The notes beneath the pieces were generated by a model, which saw nothing but the letters and a program-made list of their open reading frames with translations, did no database searches and had not been told where the DNA came from. Positions 8,102 through 16,393 of a stretch of DNA of 64,000 nucleotides are shown here, piece by piece. The position numbers and the translations under genes were made by a program. The first letter of the stretch is position 1; each line of letters starts with the position of its first letter. The DNA comes from an uncultured Alphaproteobacteria bacterium (GTDB lineage: Bacteria > Pseudomonadota > Alphaproteobacteria > HIMB59 > GCA-002718135): assembly GCA_902614395.1 (NCBI GenBank), contig CACMKW010000003.1, forward strand, positions 36,474 through 100,473, given 5' to 3'.

Positions 8102-8521
8102 TTACTTAAATTTTAATCCCATCTGTTCGAAGACACCATGATTATCTACCATAACGTAATTATCTAAAAATTTTCCATCTTTAATGGTCCAAAAATCTGA
8201 AAATTGCATTTTGATAGATTTCCCTGTTGGCTCCACTCCAAGATATGTTCCACTATGTGTGCCTGTAAGAAATCCTGTTGCACTAATCCACTCACCTTCA
8301 GCAACCACAATATCATTTTTTACATGATAATCTGGAAATGCTTCATAAAAAGGTTTTAGAACTTTATATTTAAAATTTTCTATACCATGAATATCACCAA
8401 AACCTGGAGGACCGTGCCAAACCATATCATCATGCCAGTACTTATGTTGTGCTTCTAGATCTTGAGCATTAAGTGCATCATACATATCAGCTAATAATTT
8501 TTTACTTTCATCTAAAGTCAT
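8102..8521 (-). CDS. single-domain SnoaL-like / 'ester cyclase' NTF2-fold protein
   Basis: 139 aa with ...YWHDDMVWHGPPGFG...AFPDY...GTHSG.YLGVEPTGKS...FWTIKDGKFLDNYVMVDNHGVFEQMGL. Its start overlaps the upstream gene by 4 nt. Confidence 0.7.
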   Translation of the reverse strand: MTLDESKKLLADMYDALNAQDLEAQHKYWHDDMVWHGPPGFGDIHGIENFKYKVLKPFYEAFPDYHVKNDIVVAEGEWISATGFLTGTHSGTYLGVEPTGKSIKMQFSDFWTIKDGKFLDNYVMVDNHGVFEQMGLKFK

Positions 8522-9657
8522 TTTTTATCTCCTAAAATTTGCATTAGTATTGCAAGCTCATTAAAACCCGTCCACTCTTTAATAATTTTATTATTTTTAA
8601 TTTCCCATTGAGTGATTCCCCACAAATACACTTCTCTATTAGATGGTTGACCATATGAGCCATTCCCTTTATGCGTTCCTACTGCACCCCAACGAACCGA
8701 TACTAAATATCCGTCTTTTGTATTTCCCATCCAGTATAAATCTTCAATACTAAGTGCAAGATCAGGAAACGAAGCTAAAAGTGAAATTATAAATTTTCTT
8801 AATTGCAAAACTCCTTTAAATTTTCGACCAGTTGAACCTTCAAATTCTACCTTATTCGAGTATGCTTTATTTATTGCAGAAAAGTTTCGTCTATTCCAAA
8901 TTGTATCATAAACTGCATGAACAAATTCTCTTACATTTGTAATTTTATCTGGAATATCAAAACTAATTGGTTTTAATTTAGTAATATTTCTTGTTGGTTT
9001 AGAGTTTTTAAAATGAGGGGCATAGGGTCCTGCAATTCCTTCATCAACAAGTTGCTTGGCAACCTTATTTAAATCTAATCCGAGTTGTTTAATTAAACCT
9101 GCTGTATCGTAGACAACATTTTCGTAATAAATTTCATTATTTCTGGCTACACAATTCGCAATACAAAATAATCTTACTTTTTTACCAGTTGGTTTGGAAA
9201 ATTTGCTAAATCCAGTATTTGTTCCAGTAATAATTGTTCTATGCGAAGTATGAAAACTTGCATTTTCATCTCCTGCCCAAATAACTTCATCTGCAAATAA
9301 TCGAATATCTGGAAAAGCGTTGTTTGTATGTACAGTATCAGCTACAATTTTTTCAGATCCAGATTGTAAACCAAATTCATCCCAAACTCTGCAATCTTTA
9401 CTGTAGGTGTCATAAATGTAGCCAATATTTTTTTCTTCCCAGATTTGATACGTAATCCTTACAATATAATCGATTATATTTTTATACTGATTCTCAAACC
9501 CCTTCATCGATTGATGTTTAAGTTTTTTTGGTTTTGGATTTAATGATTTTGCTGTTCCTCCACCTCCATATGCTTTTAATGAAATATCATAACTCTTAGG
9601 CATATGATTATCATGAAGGGCTTCTGGTCTTTTATCTGTAATTTTATTAAATTTCAT
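8518..9657 (-). CDS. two-domain SnoaL-like protein, type A
   Basis: Two NTF2-like halves ending ...CVARNNEIYYENVVYDTAGLIKQLGL and ...WEIKNNKIIKEWTGFNELAILMQIL. It is a paralog of 11902-12894. An alternative start at 9507 (MKGFENQYKN) would align with the paralog's N-terminus MKGFDAQFKD. Confidence 0.65.
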   Translation of the reverse strand: MKFNKITDKRPEALHDNHMPKSYDISLKAYGGGGTAKSLNPKPKKLKHQSMKGFENQYKNIIDYIVRITYQIWEEKNIGYIYDTYSKDCRVWDEFGLQSGSEKIVADTVHTNNAFPDIRLFADEVIWAGDENASFHTSHRTIITGTNTGFSKFSKPTGKKVRLFCIANCVARNNEIYYENVVYDTAGLIKQLGLDLNKVAKQLVDEGIAGPYAPHFKNSKPTRNITKLKPISFDIPDKITNVREFVHAVYDTIWNRRNFSAINKAYSNKVEFEGSTGRKFKGVLQLRKFIISLLASFPDLALSIEDLYWMGNTKDGYLVSVRWGAVGTHKGNGSYGQPSNREVYLWGITQWEIKNNKIIKEWTGFNELAILMQILGDKK

Positions 9658-9690
9658 AATTTGTATTTGTAATGAGATACATTTAAAAAT

Positions 9691-9728
9691 ATTTCAAAGC
9701 AATGAAATTTTATTCAAAAAAATGAATA
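9691..9728. promoter_or_regulatory. two adjacent operator candidates (ATTTCA-N6-TGAAAT and TATTCA-N6-TGAATA)
   Basis: 9691-9708 ATTTCAaagcaaTGAAAT and 9711-9728 TATTCAaaaaaaTGAATA, in the divergent gap between the type A and type B SnoaL-like genes. Confidence 0.5.
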
Positions 9729-9764
9729 TTGTCTTTTTTAGTTTATTAATATAATCAAAATGAA

Positions 9765-10769
9765 ATGACTGATCTCCAAGCAGAAAAAAAATTAATATTA
9801 GATTATTCAAATGAGATAGATAGTTGCAACATTGATTCATTATCTGAAGTTATATCCAAATACGCATCAGAAGATTTTAGTATGAAATGTACCCACCCAT
9901 TCAACGAACTAGGTAGTATAGATCTTGTTGCTAATAATCTTTGGAAACCAATTAAAGATTCATTTTCACCTATACAACGTCGATTAGATATATTTTATGC
10001 TGGGATAAATTCGCTAGATAAAAATAAAGGGAAATGGATCTCCAGTATGGGTCATTTCATGGGTGTTTTCAATAAGCCGTTTGTAGGCCTTAAACCAAAT
10101 AATAAATCAATTTTATTAAGATTTGCAGAATTTTACAAAGTGGAAAATAACAAAATTACTGAAGGAGCTATTTTTTTAGATGTAATGAATTTAATGCAGC
10201 AACTAGGTCTTTCTATAATTCCTGAATCTACAGGTCTTGTTTGTGTAACACCTGGACCAATGAATCATAAAGGTTTAAAATTTGATATTTCTAATGAAAG
10301 TGAAAGTCAAAAAACATTAGATTTAATTCATAGAATGCGCGATCGACTTGTTAAAGGATCCAAAATGCAATCTTATAAAGAAGAATTAGAATTAGATTGG
10401 CATAATGACATGATTTGGTGGGGACCAGGAGGTATAGGAGCTTCTTATACTATTGATGGCTATCAAAAAGGTCACACAAAACCATTTCAAGATGGTTTAG
10501 AGTTTGTTCGTTTCAATGGACACATACTTAGTAGCTCTGAAGATGATCTTGGAGGTTGGTTTGGTTGGCCAAATTTAATTATGAAACCTAAAGGAGAATA
10601 TTTAGGATTAACAAATGCAAGTAATATTGAATCAGAAATGAGAGTTGTAGATTTATATCGAAGAGATGGAGATAAATTAGCTGAAAACTGGATCTTTATT
10701 GATCATTTACATTTTTTAAAAAAACTAGGAGTGGATCTTTTAGAAAGAGCAAAATTTTTAAATCAGTAA
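9765..10769 (+). CDS. two-domain SnoaL-like protein, type B
   Basis: Halves ending ...YKVENNKITEGAIFLDVMNLMQQLGL and ...YRRDGDKLAENWIFIDHLHFLKKLGV. Contains DMIWWGPGGIGAS. It is a paralog of 13969-15066. Confidence 0.65.
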   Translation: MTDLQAEKKLILDYSNEIDSCNIDSLSEVISKYASEDFSMKCTHPFNELGSIDLVANNLWKPIKDSFSPIQRRLDIFYAGINSLDKNKGKWISSMGHFMGVFNKPFVGLKPNNKSILLRFAEFYKVENNKITEGAIFLDVMNLMQQLGLSIIPESTGLVCVTPGPMNHKGLKFDISNESESQKTLDLIHRMRDRLVKGSKMQSYKEELELDWHNDMIWWGPGGIGASYTIDGYQKGHTKPFQDGLEFVRFNGHILSSSEDDLGGWFGWPNLIMKPKGEYLGLTNASNIESEMRVVDLYRRDGDKLAENWIFIDHLHFLKKLGVDLLERAKFLNQ

Positions 10770-11897
10770 TTAGATAACTTTTGAGGCAAGTTTAGTACCT
10801 TCAACTAATGCATGAAGCTTTTCATAACAAATTTTTTCATCAATTTTTCCAAAACCAGCAAATGTACTAAAACCACAATCTGTCCCTGCCATTAATTGAT
10901 CTTTTGGAATTACTGTAGAAAACTGAATTAATCTATCTGCTACAACTTCTGGATGTTCAACAAAATTAGATGTTGAATCAATTACGCCAGGTACTAAGAC
11001 TTTATCTTTTGGTAACTTTATATCTTGAAAAACTTTCCATTCATGTGCGTGCCTAGGATTAGAAGACTCAATTAGAAAGTATTTTATCTTTGATTTCAAA
11101 ATTATAGGTAATATTTTCTCTAGAGCAATATCGTGTGTGTGGGGTCCTTCATAATTGCCCCAACATATATGCATTCTAGTTTGTTCAATATCAACATTAG
11201 ATAATGCTGAGTTCAGACATTCAATTTGTAGTTCTGCACGTTTAATAAATTCATCCTCAGATAAATTTTTAAAATTCATGTGTCTTGCTAAAGCAAGGTC
11301 TGGGCAATCTAGCTGAACATGAATATTTGATTTTGTTATAACCTCATATTCTTTAGCCATAATATTAGATAATTTATCCAAATATTCATCTTCAGTACTA
11401 TAAAATTTATTTGGCATAAAAACATTTATGACGCCAGGTGATGCTGAGTTCATAAATGCATGTCGGTGATTTAGTTTATCAAGTGAATTTTTAAAGTTAT
11501 TTATATCCTGTAGAAGAGAAGTTTCATCTTTTACTTTTAATTCGTTTGTGCAACATGGCCTGGTATAAGTTGGTGTGCCACCACTTTTAGCAATCTTTTC
11601 TTTATATTCTGGAAAATCGTCAAGGTCAGCAGGTGCTCTTCTTTCGCTTTCACCTGAGAACCCATCAATTCTGTCTTTAATATATGTAGCGTAGCTAATT
11701 TTACTCATCTCCCCATCACTGACAAAATCAATTCCAACATCAAGTTGTCTCTTCACAACACTTTCCACGTTATTTTTTAATACTTCATCAAAACTACTTT
11801 TACTAAATTTCTCTCCTTTATCTTTTGCAAATAAAAAATCTGAAAGTTCTTTTGATCTAGGAAGGCTTCCAACATGTGTTGTCAAAATATTAGACAT
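10770..11897 (-). CDS. stand-alone MetE-like (cobalamin-independent methionine synthase catalytic-domain family) Zn-dependent methyltransferase
   Basis: N-terminus MSNILTTHVGSLPR. Candidate Zn ligands MHICWGN (H.C), LIESSNPRH (E) and AGTDCGFS (C) are in the order expected for MetE. 375 aa, so only the catalytic barrel is present. Confidence 0.7.
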   Translation of the reverse strand: MSNILTTHVGSLPRSKELSDFLFAKDKGEKFSKSSFDEVLKNNVESVVKRQLDVGIDFVSDGEMSKISYATYIKDRIDGFSGESERRAPADLDDFPEYKEKIAKSGGTPTYTRPCCTNELKVKDETSLLQDINNFKNSLDKLNHRHAFMNSASPGVINVFMPNKFYSTEDEYLDKLSNIMAKEYEVITKSNIHVQLDCPDLALARHMNFKNLSEDEFIKRAELQIECLNSALSNVDIEQTRMHICWGNYEGPHTHDIALEKILPIILKSKIKYFLIESSNPRHAHEWKVFQDIKLPKDKVLVPGVIDSTSNFVEHPEVVADRLIQFSTVIPKDQLMAGTDCGFSTFAGFGKIDEKICYEKLHALVEGTKLASKVI

Positions 11898-11901
11898 TAA
11901 A

Positions 11902-12894
11902 TTAACCTGTTTTTAATAAAATCTGTTTCCAGATCATAGTTTCATCATAGAGAACCCATTCATTTTTAATACCTCTTTCTCCAAATTCAACATGATTAAT
12001 ACCCATTATATAAATTTTCGAATTAGAGGCTTTCCCAAAAAGACCATCCCCTTCATGTTTGCCTACCATAGACCAACGAACTGAAGCTTTTTTAGGTTCA
12101 TATTTTTCTTCAGTAAAAGCAATGTGCTCGACTGAGAACAATGCGTTAGGAAAAGCATCTCTTAATTGTTTCCAAAATTTTATTACCTCATCTCTACCAT
12201 AGTGAGTATTTCCCCCTGGTTGAAATTGCTGTATGGCTCTGTCATAATTATCATTTATTGTTTTGTCTAAATTAATGTTCATAATAGAACTTAAGATATT
12301 TGCATATAATTCTCCAAAGTTACCAGATGCTAATACAGGAGATTTATAAATTGATTTAACAGGTGTATTTTCATCAAAGGGTTTACTAGCTTTTTCAGGA
12401 CCGCCTTCATCTTTAATTAGATTGCTTGCAAATTTCTTGGGGTCAATTCCAATTTGTCTCACAATTGCTCCTTGATCTCTCACAAGCCACTCATCATAAA
12501 CTTGATTATTCATGCATGCACAATCAGCAATAGTTCGGTAATATAGTTTTTTTCCTGTCGCTTTCCCATACATCCCATCAACAGAATGAGTAGAGGTTGA
12601 TAAAATGCGATGTGATGAAAAATATCCCTCATCATCATTTCCTGTCCAAATTACATCTTCACCTAAAAGTGTTCTGTCGGGAAATAGTTTTTTACTAGCA
12701 TAGGTACTTTCAATTACTGGGTCTGCACCATAAATTACTCCAGATGGAGATCTTGTAGGTGTGGGGAGGCTTACATTTGGAATATCAGCATAATAATCTC
12801 TTATTGCTTCAACATCATTGTTTTCCCAAATTTGATATGTGATCTTTAAAATATAATCAGGAAAATCTTTGAATTGTGCATCAAATCCTTTCAT
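11902..12894 (-). CDS. two-domain SnoaL-like protein, type A
   Basis: MKGFDAQFKDFPDYILKITYQIWE..., with halves ending ...CMNNQVYDEWLVRDQGAIVRQIGI and ...FGERGIKNEWVLYDETMIWKQIL. Confidence 0.65.
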   Translation of the reverse strand: MKGFDAQFKDFPDYILKITYQIWENNDVEAIRDYYADIPNVSLPTPTRSPSGVIYGADPVIESTYASKKLFPDRTLLGEDVIWTGNDDEGYFSSHRILSTSTHSVDGMYGKATGKKLYYRTIADCACMNNQVYDEWLVRDQGAIVRQIGIDPKKFASNLIKDEGGPEKASKPFDENTPVKSIYKSPVLASGNFGELYANILSSIMNINLDKTINDNYDRAIQQFQPGGNTHYGRDEVIKFWKQLRDAFPNALFSVEHIAFTEEKYEPKKASVRWSMVGKHEGDGLFGKASNSKIYIMGINHVEFGERGIKNEWVLYDETMIWKQILLKTG

Positions 12895-12905
12895 TTAATT
12901 AATAT

Positions 12906-13877
12906 TTAATTAGTTTGCCGTATTATAAATAAATTACCATCATGATCACTTATCTGCCTGATTGAACGTAGTGAATTTTTTGGTACTGAAAAGGTATCTT
13001 TTTCTTTAATTACTACTTTATCTCCATCACAATCTATTTCCCATTCGCCAGATAAACAATGATACACTTCTGATTTCTCTAGTTTGTATTCATGTATATG
13101 AGCACTCTTGCCGTTCAGAAGTGAAAGGCTAAAACCTGTTGAATGCGGTATATTTGGTGTAAAAGATTTATCATGAATTTGAAACTGATCAATATAGTTA
13201 ATAATTTTATTAGATTGATAGTGATCATCATCAACAAAGTATTTATCTTTATCATTAAATCGAATAACAAATTTTTCTATGTCTTCTGAAGAGTAATGAT
13301 CGAAACTCTCTAATTCATTATCTTTTAGTGGTTGAATAATTTTAGTCTCATCTGTTATTTTCTGTTTCTCTGTGTCGATTAAAGAATTATCATGCATTAA
13401 TACCATGCCAGATTCTTTTGCATCTTTTAAAAGTTTAGGCGTCCAAGTAATAACACCTGGATCATTTTCACCTAACACAACAAACATTAGCGCCTCTTCA
13501 TCACTTACATTTTGAAAACCTCTGAACATGTTTGTAGGAAAAGAAGCAATATCACCTTTTTTTAGGATTACTTCTCCCTCTGTGCCATCAACACCCCAGT
13601 AAAAACGCCAAGCACCTGAATGAATGATAAAAACTTCTGCAGTTGTATGACTATGTAAACCAGAACCATTCATTGGAGCAGCGCTTACCGCACCAATATT
13701 AAATCCATGTTCTTCAGCTATTTTAACGTTTTGTTTAGCATCTTCACTGACACCAGGGCCTATTACTGAATAATTTTTTCTATCTTGATGACCTTTTAAT
13801 TTTCCCTCAACAAATGGAATATTACTAGGAATAAGTTCATCGAATTTTGCTAATCTAGATGTAATATTAATTGACAT
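12906..13877 (-). CDS. bicupin protein
   Basis: N-terminal cupin motif 1 GSGLHSHTTAEVFIIHSG (HxH...E). Motif 2 is GDIASFPTNMFRGFQN, with Arg where the His is expected. The C-terminal cupin has HIHEY...E...H. Confidence 0.65.
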   Translation of the reverse strand: MSINITSRLAKFDELIPSNIPFVEGKLKGHQDRKNYSVIGPGVSEDAKQNVKIAEEHGFNIGAVSAAPMNGSGLHSHTTAEVFIIHSGAWRFYWGVDGTEGEVILKKGDIASFPTNMFRGFQNVSDEEALMFVVLGENDPGVITWTPKLLKDAKESGMVLMHDNSLIDTEKQKITDETKIIQPLKDNELESFDHYSSEDIEKFVIRFNDKDKYFVDDDHYQSNKIINYIDQFQIHDKSFTPNIPHSTGFSLSLLNGKSAHIHEYKLEKSEVYHCLSGEWEIDCDGDKVVIKEKDTFSVPKNSLRSIRQISDHDGNLFIIRQTN

Positions 13878-13892
13878 ATTGTTATGATCTTT

Positions 13893-13930
13893 TATTCATT
13901 TTTTTTGAATATTATTCAAAATAATGAATA
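13893..13930. promoter_or_regulatory. two adjacent operator candidates (TATTCA-N7-TGAATA and TATTCA-N6-TGAATA)
   Basis: 13893-13911 TATTCAtttttttTGAATA and 13913-13930 TATTCAaaataaTGAATA, in the divergent gap between the bicupin operon and the type B/HisD-like operon. Confidence 0.5.
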
Positions 13931-13968
13931 AATCAATTATTATTTAACAATAGTGTTATTAAATTATT

Positions 13969-15066
13969 ATGGCAAATAAAATACAAAACTTTGATACAGG
14001 TGAAAAAGCTAACTCAAACATAATTCATTTAGATCTTGATCCAAAAATAAATATCGAAAACAAAATATATTTTAAATATTTATTAAATAAAATTGCTGAA
14101 TGTTCTATTGAAGATTTAGAAGATAATCTTGAAAATTTATATCATGTAGATGCAGAGCTTAATGGCTTTCATCCAGTTAATGAAATTAAGGGAATTGAAG
14201 AAATAAAAAATAAATATTTAATACCTTTAAAGAAAGCATTTCCTGATCTTGAAAGAAGAAATAATCTAGTTATTGGTGGAGCATTCAGAGATAAAGTATT
14301 TGTTTCATTTGTTAGTCATTTAACTGGAACATTTTCAAATGAATGGTTGGGCGTTAAACCAACAAACAAAACAATTCATCTTCGAACATGTGAAGCACAT
14401 CAAATAACTAATAACAAAATAATAAAATCCTACACATTGATTGATACTGTAGATTTTATTCGTCAGGCTGGTCATTGGCCCATTAATAAATCGCTTGGTG
14501 TAGAGGGTATGTGGCCTTCCCCAATCACAGGTGATGGAGAAAATAATCAAAATTTAGATAAGGAATTATCTCTTCAATCTTTAAATCAAGATTTAACTAT
14601 GCAAAGAAGTTTGAATATTAAACCCGAGACTGAACCAGGTCTTACAAAAGATCAAATAAGAGAAAAATTAATTAATCATCCTCAACAAGATTATTGGCAT
14701 CCAAAAATGATGTGGTATGGGCCAAGTGGCATAGGCACAGCTAGAGGTTTAGATGGTTTTGTTGATCATCACCAACTCCCATTTAGACTTACATTCAAGG
14801 ATAGAGATTATTGGAAAATTGGTCATTACATTGAAATTGGGGATGGAAATTATTCAATGACTGGAGGATGGCATAGTATCCAATGTGTCCATGGATCTAG
14901 TGATTGGCTAGGGTATGAACCAACTCATAAAAAAATAACAATGAGAGTAATGGATTTTTATTTACATCATGAAGGACTTATAAGGGAAAATTGGGTACCA
15001 ATTGATATAGCACACATACTCGATCAAATAGGTATTGATATCTTTAAATTAATTCATAAAAAATAA
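13969..15066 (+). CDS. two-domain SnoaL-like protein, type B
   Basis: Halves ending ...[25 protein letters not shown] and ...[26 protein letters not shown]. Contains [12 protein letters not shown]. Confidence 0.65.
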   Translation: MANKIQNFDTGEKANSNIIHLDLDPKINIENKIYFKYLLNKIAECSIEDLEDNLENLYHVDAELNGFHPVNEIKGIEEIKNKYLIPLKKAFPDLERRNNLVIGGAFRDKVFVSFVSHLTGTFSNEWLGVKPTNKTIHLRTCEAHQITNNKIIKSYTLIDTVDFIRQAGHWPINKSLGVEGMWPSPITGDGENNQNLDKELSLQSLNQDLTMQRSLNIKPETEPGLTKDQIREKLINHPQQDYWHPKMMWYGPSGIGTARGLDGFVDHHQLPFRLTFKDRDYWKIGHYIEIGDGNYSMTGGWHSIQCVHGSSDWLGYEPTHKKITMRVMDFYLHHEGLIRENWVPIDIAHILDQIGIDIFKLIHKK

Positions 15067-15068
15067 TT

Positions 15069-16391
15069 ATGGCAATTGAATATTTAAAAAAAGGATTAGA
15101 TGAAAAACAAAGAATTGAAGATAATGATAAAGTAAAAAAAATTGTTGAGGAAACATTAAGTAAAATTGAGTCAGAAGGTGATAAACACATTAGAGAGTTA
15201 TCTCAAAAATTTGATAACTATTCACCAGATAGTTTTAGGTTAAATGAAGATCAAATTAATCAATTAATCAGTGAAGTATCTGATGATGATAAAGAAGATA
15301 TTAAATTTGCTCAGAAACAAGTGCGCACATTTGCTGAAGCACAACTAAAAACTTTAAGTGAATTAGAAGTAGAAACGCACCCAGGTGTTATTCTAGGTCA
15401 TAAGAATATACCTGTACAAGCAGTAGGTTGCTATGTTCCAGCCGGTAAATTTCCAATGGTGGCTTCTGCACATATGTCAGTTGTTACTGCCTCTGTTGCT
15501 GGTGTACCAAGAATTGTAGCCACAACTCCACCTTTTAAAGGTAAACCAAATCCAGCAGTTGTAACAGCAATGAAAATGGGCGGTGCTCACGAAATTTATG
15601 TCTTAGGAGGAATGCAAGGAGTTGGCGCAATGGCTATTGGTACAGAAACTATTAAACCAGTTGATATGCTTGTTGGACCTGGCAATGCATTTGTTGCTGA
15701 AGCGAAAAGACAATTGTATGGTAGAGTTGGTATCGATTTATTTGCTGGTCCAACCGAAACAATGGTTATTGCTGATGAAACTGTTGATGGTGAAATATGT
15801 GCAACTGATTTATTAGGACAAGCTGAACATGGATATAATTCTCCTGCTATAATGATAACAAACTCAAGAAAACTTGCAGAAGATACATTTAAAGAGATTG
15901 ATAGAATTTTAGAAATATTACCTACTAAAGAAACAGCAAGTACAAGCTGGAAAGATTACGGGGAAATTATTTTGTGTGACACCTATGAGGAGATGTTATC
16001 TAAAGCAAATGAAATAGCATCAGAACACGTACAAGTAATGACAAAAAAAGATGATTGGTTTTTAGAAAATATGACATCTTATGGAGCTCTTTTTTTGGGA
16101 GCTAGAACTAATGTTGCTAATGGTGATAAAGTAATAGGCACCAATCATACTCTTCCTACTAAAAAAGCTGGAAAATACACTGGTGGTTTATGGGTTGGTA
16201 AATTTATTAAAACTCACACCTATCAAAAAATTATGACAGATGAAGCAGCTAAACTTATTGGAGAATATGGATCAAGACTATCTTACCTTGAGGGATTTAT
16301 TGGTCACGCAGAACAATGCAATGTTAGAGTGAGAAGATATGGTGGCTTAAATGTAGAGTATGGAAAACCTGCATCAAAAATTAAAAATTAA
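15069..16391 (+). CDS. histidinol-dehydrogenase-family NAD-dependent 4-electron alcohol dehydrogenase (paralog; substrate unknown)
   Basis: HisD blocks [50 protein letters not shown] and EGFIGHAEQ. It starts 2 nt after the SnoaL-like type B gene and is not in a his-operon context. Confidence 0.8.
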   Translation: MAIEYLKKGLDEKQRIEDNDKVKKIVEETLSKIESEGDKHIRELSQKFDNYSPDSFRLNEDQINQLISEVSDDDKEDIKFAQKQVRTFAEAQLKTLSELEVETHPGVILGHKNIPVQAVGCYVPAGKFPMVASAHMSVVTASVAGVPRIVATTPPFKGKPNPAVVTAMKMGGAHEIYVLGGMQGVGAMAIGTETIKPVDMLVGPGNAFVAEAKRQLYGRVGIDLFAGPTETMVIADETVDGEICATDLLGQAEHGYNSPAIMITNSRKLAEDTFKEIDRILEILPTKETASTSWKDYGEIILCDTYEEMLSKANEIASEHVQVMTKKDDWFLENMTSYGALFLGARTNVANGDKVIGTNHTLPTKKAGKYTGGLWVGKFIKTHTYQKIMTDEAAKLIGEYGSRLSYLEGFIGHAEQCNVRVRRYGGLNVEYGKPASKIKN

Positions 16392-16393
16392 AA

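Noticed and set aside
15069-16391. Calling this gene the housekeeping hisD
   Set aside because: The context argues for a paralog: no his genes nearby, a 2-nt spacer after a SnoaL-like gene, and placement under the island operator. This is not fully excluded without the rest of the genome.
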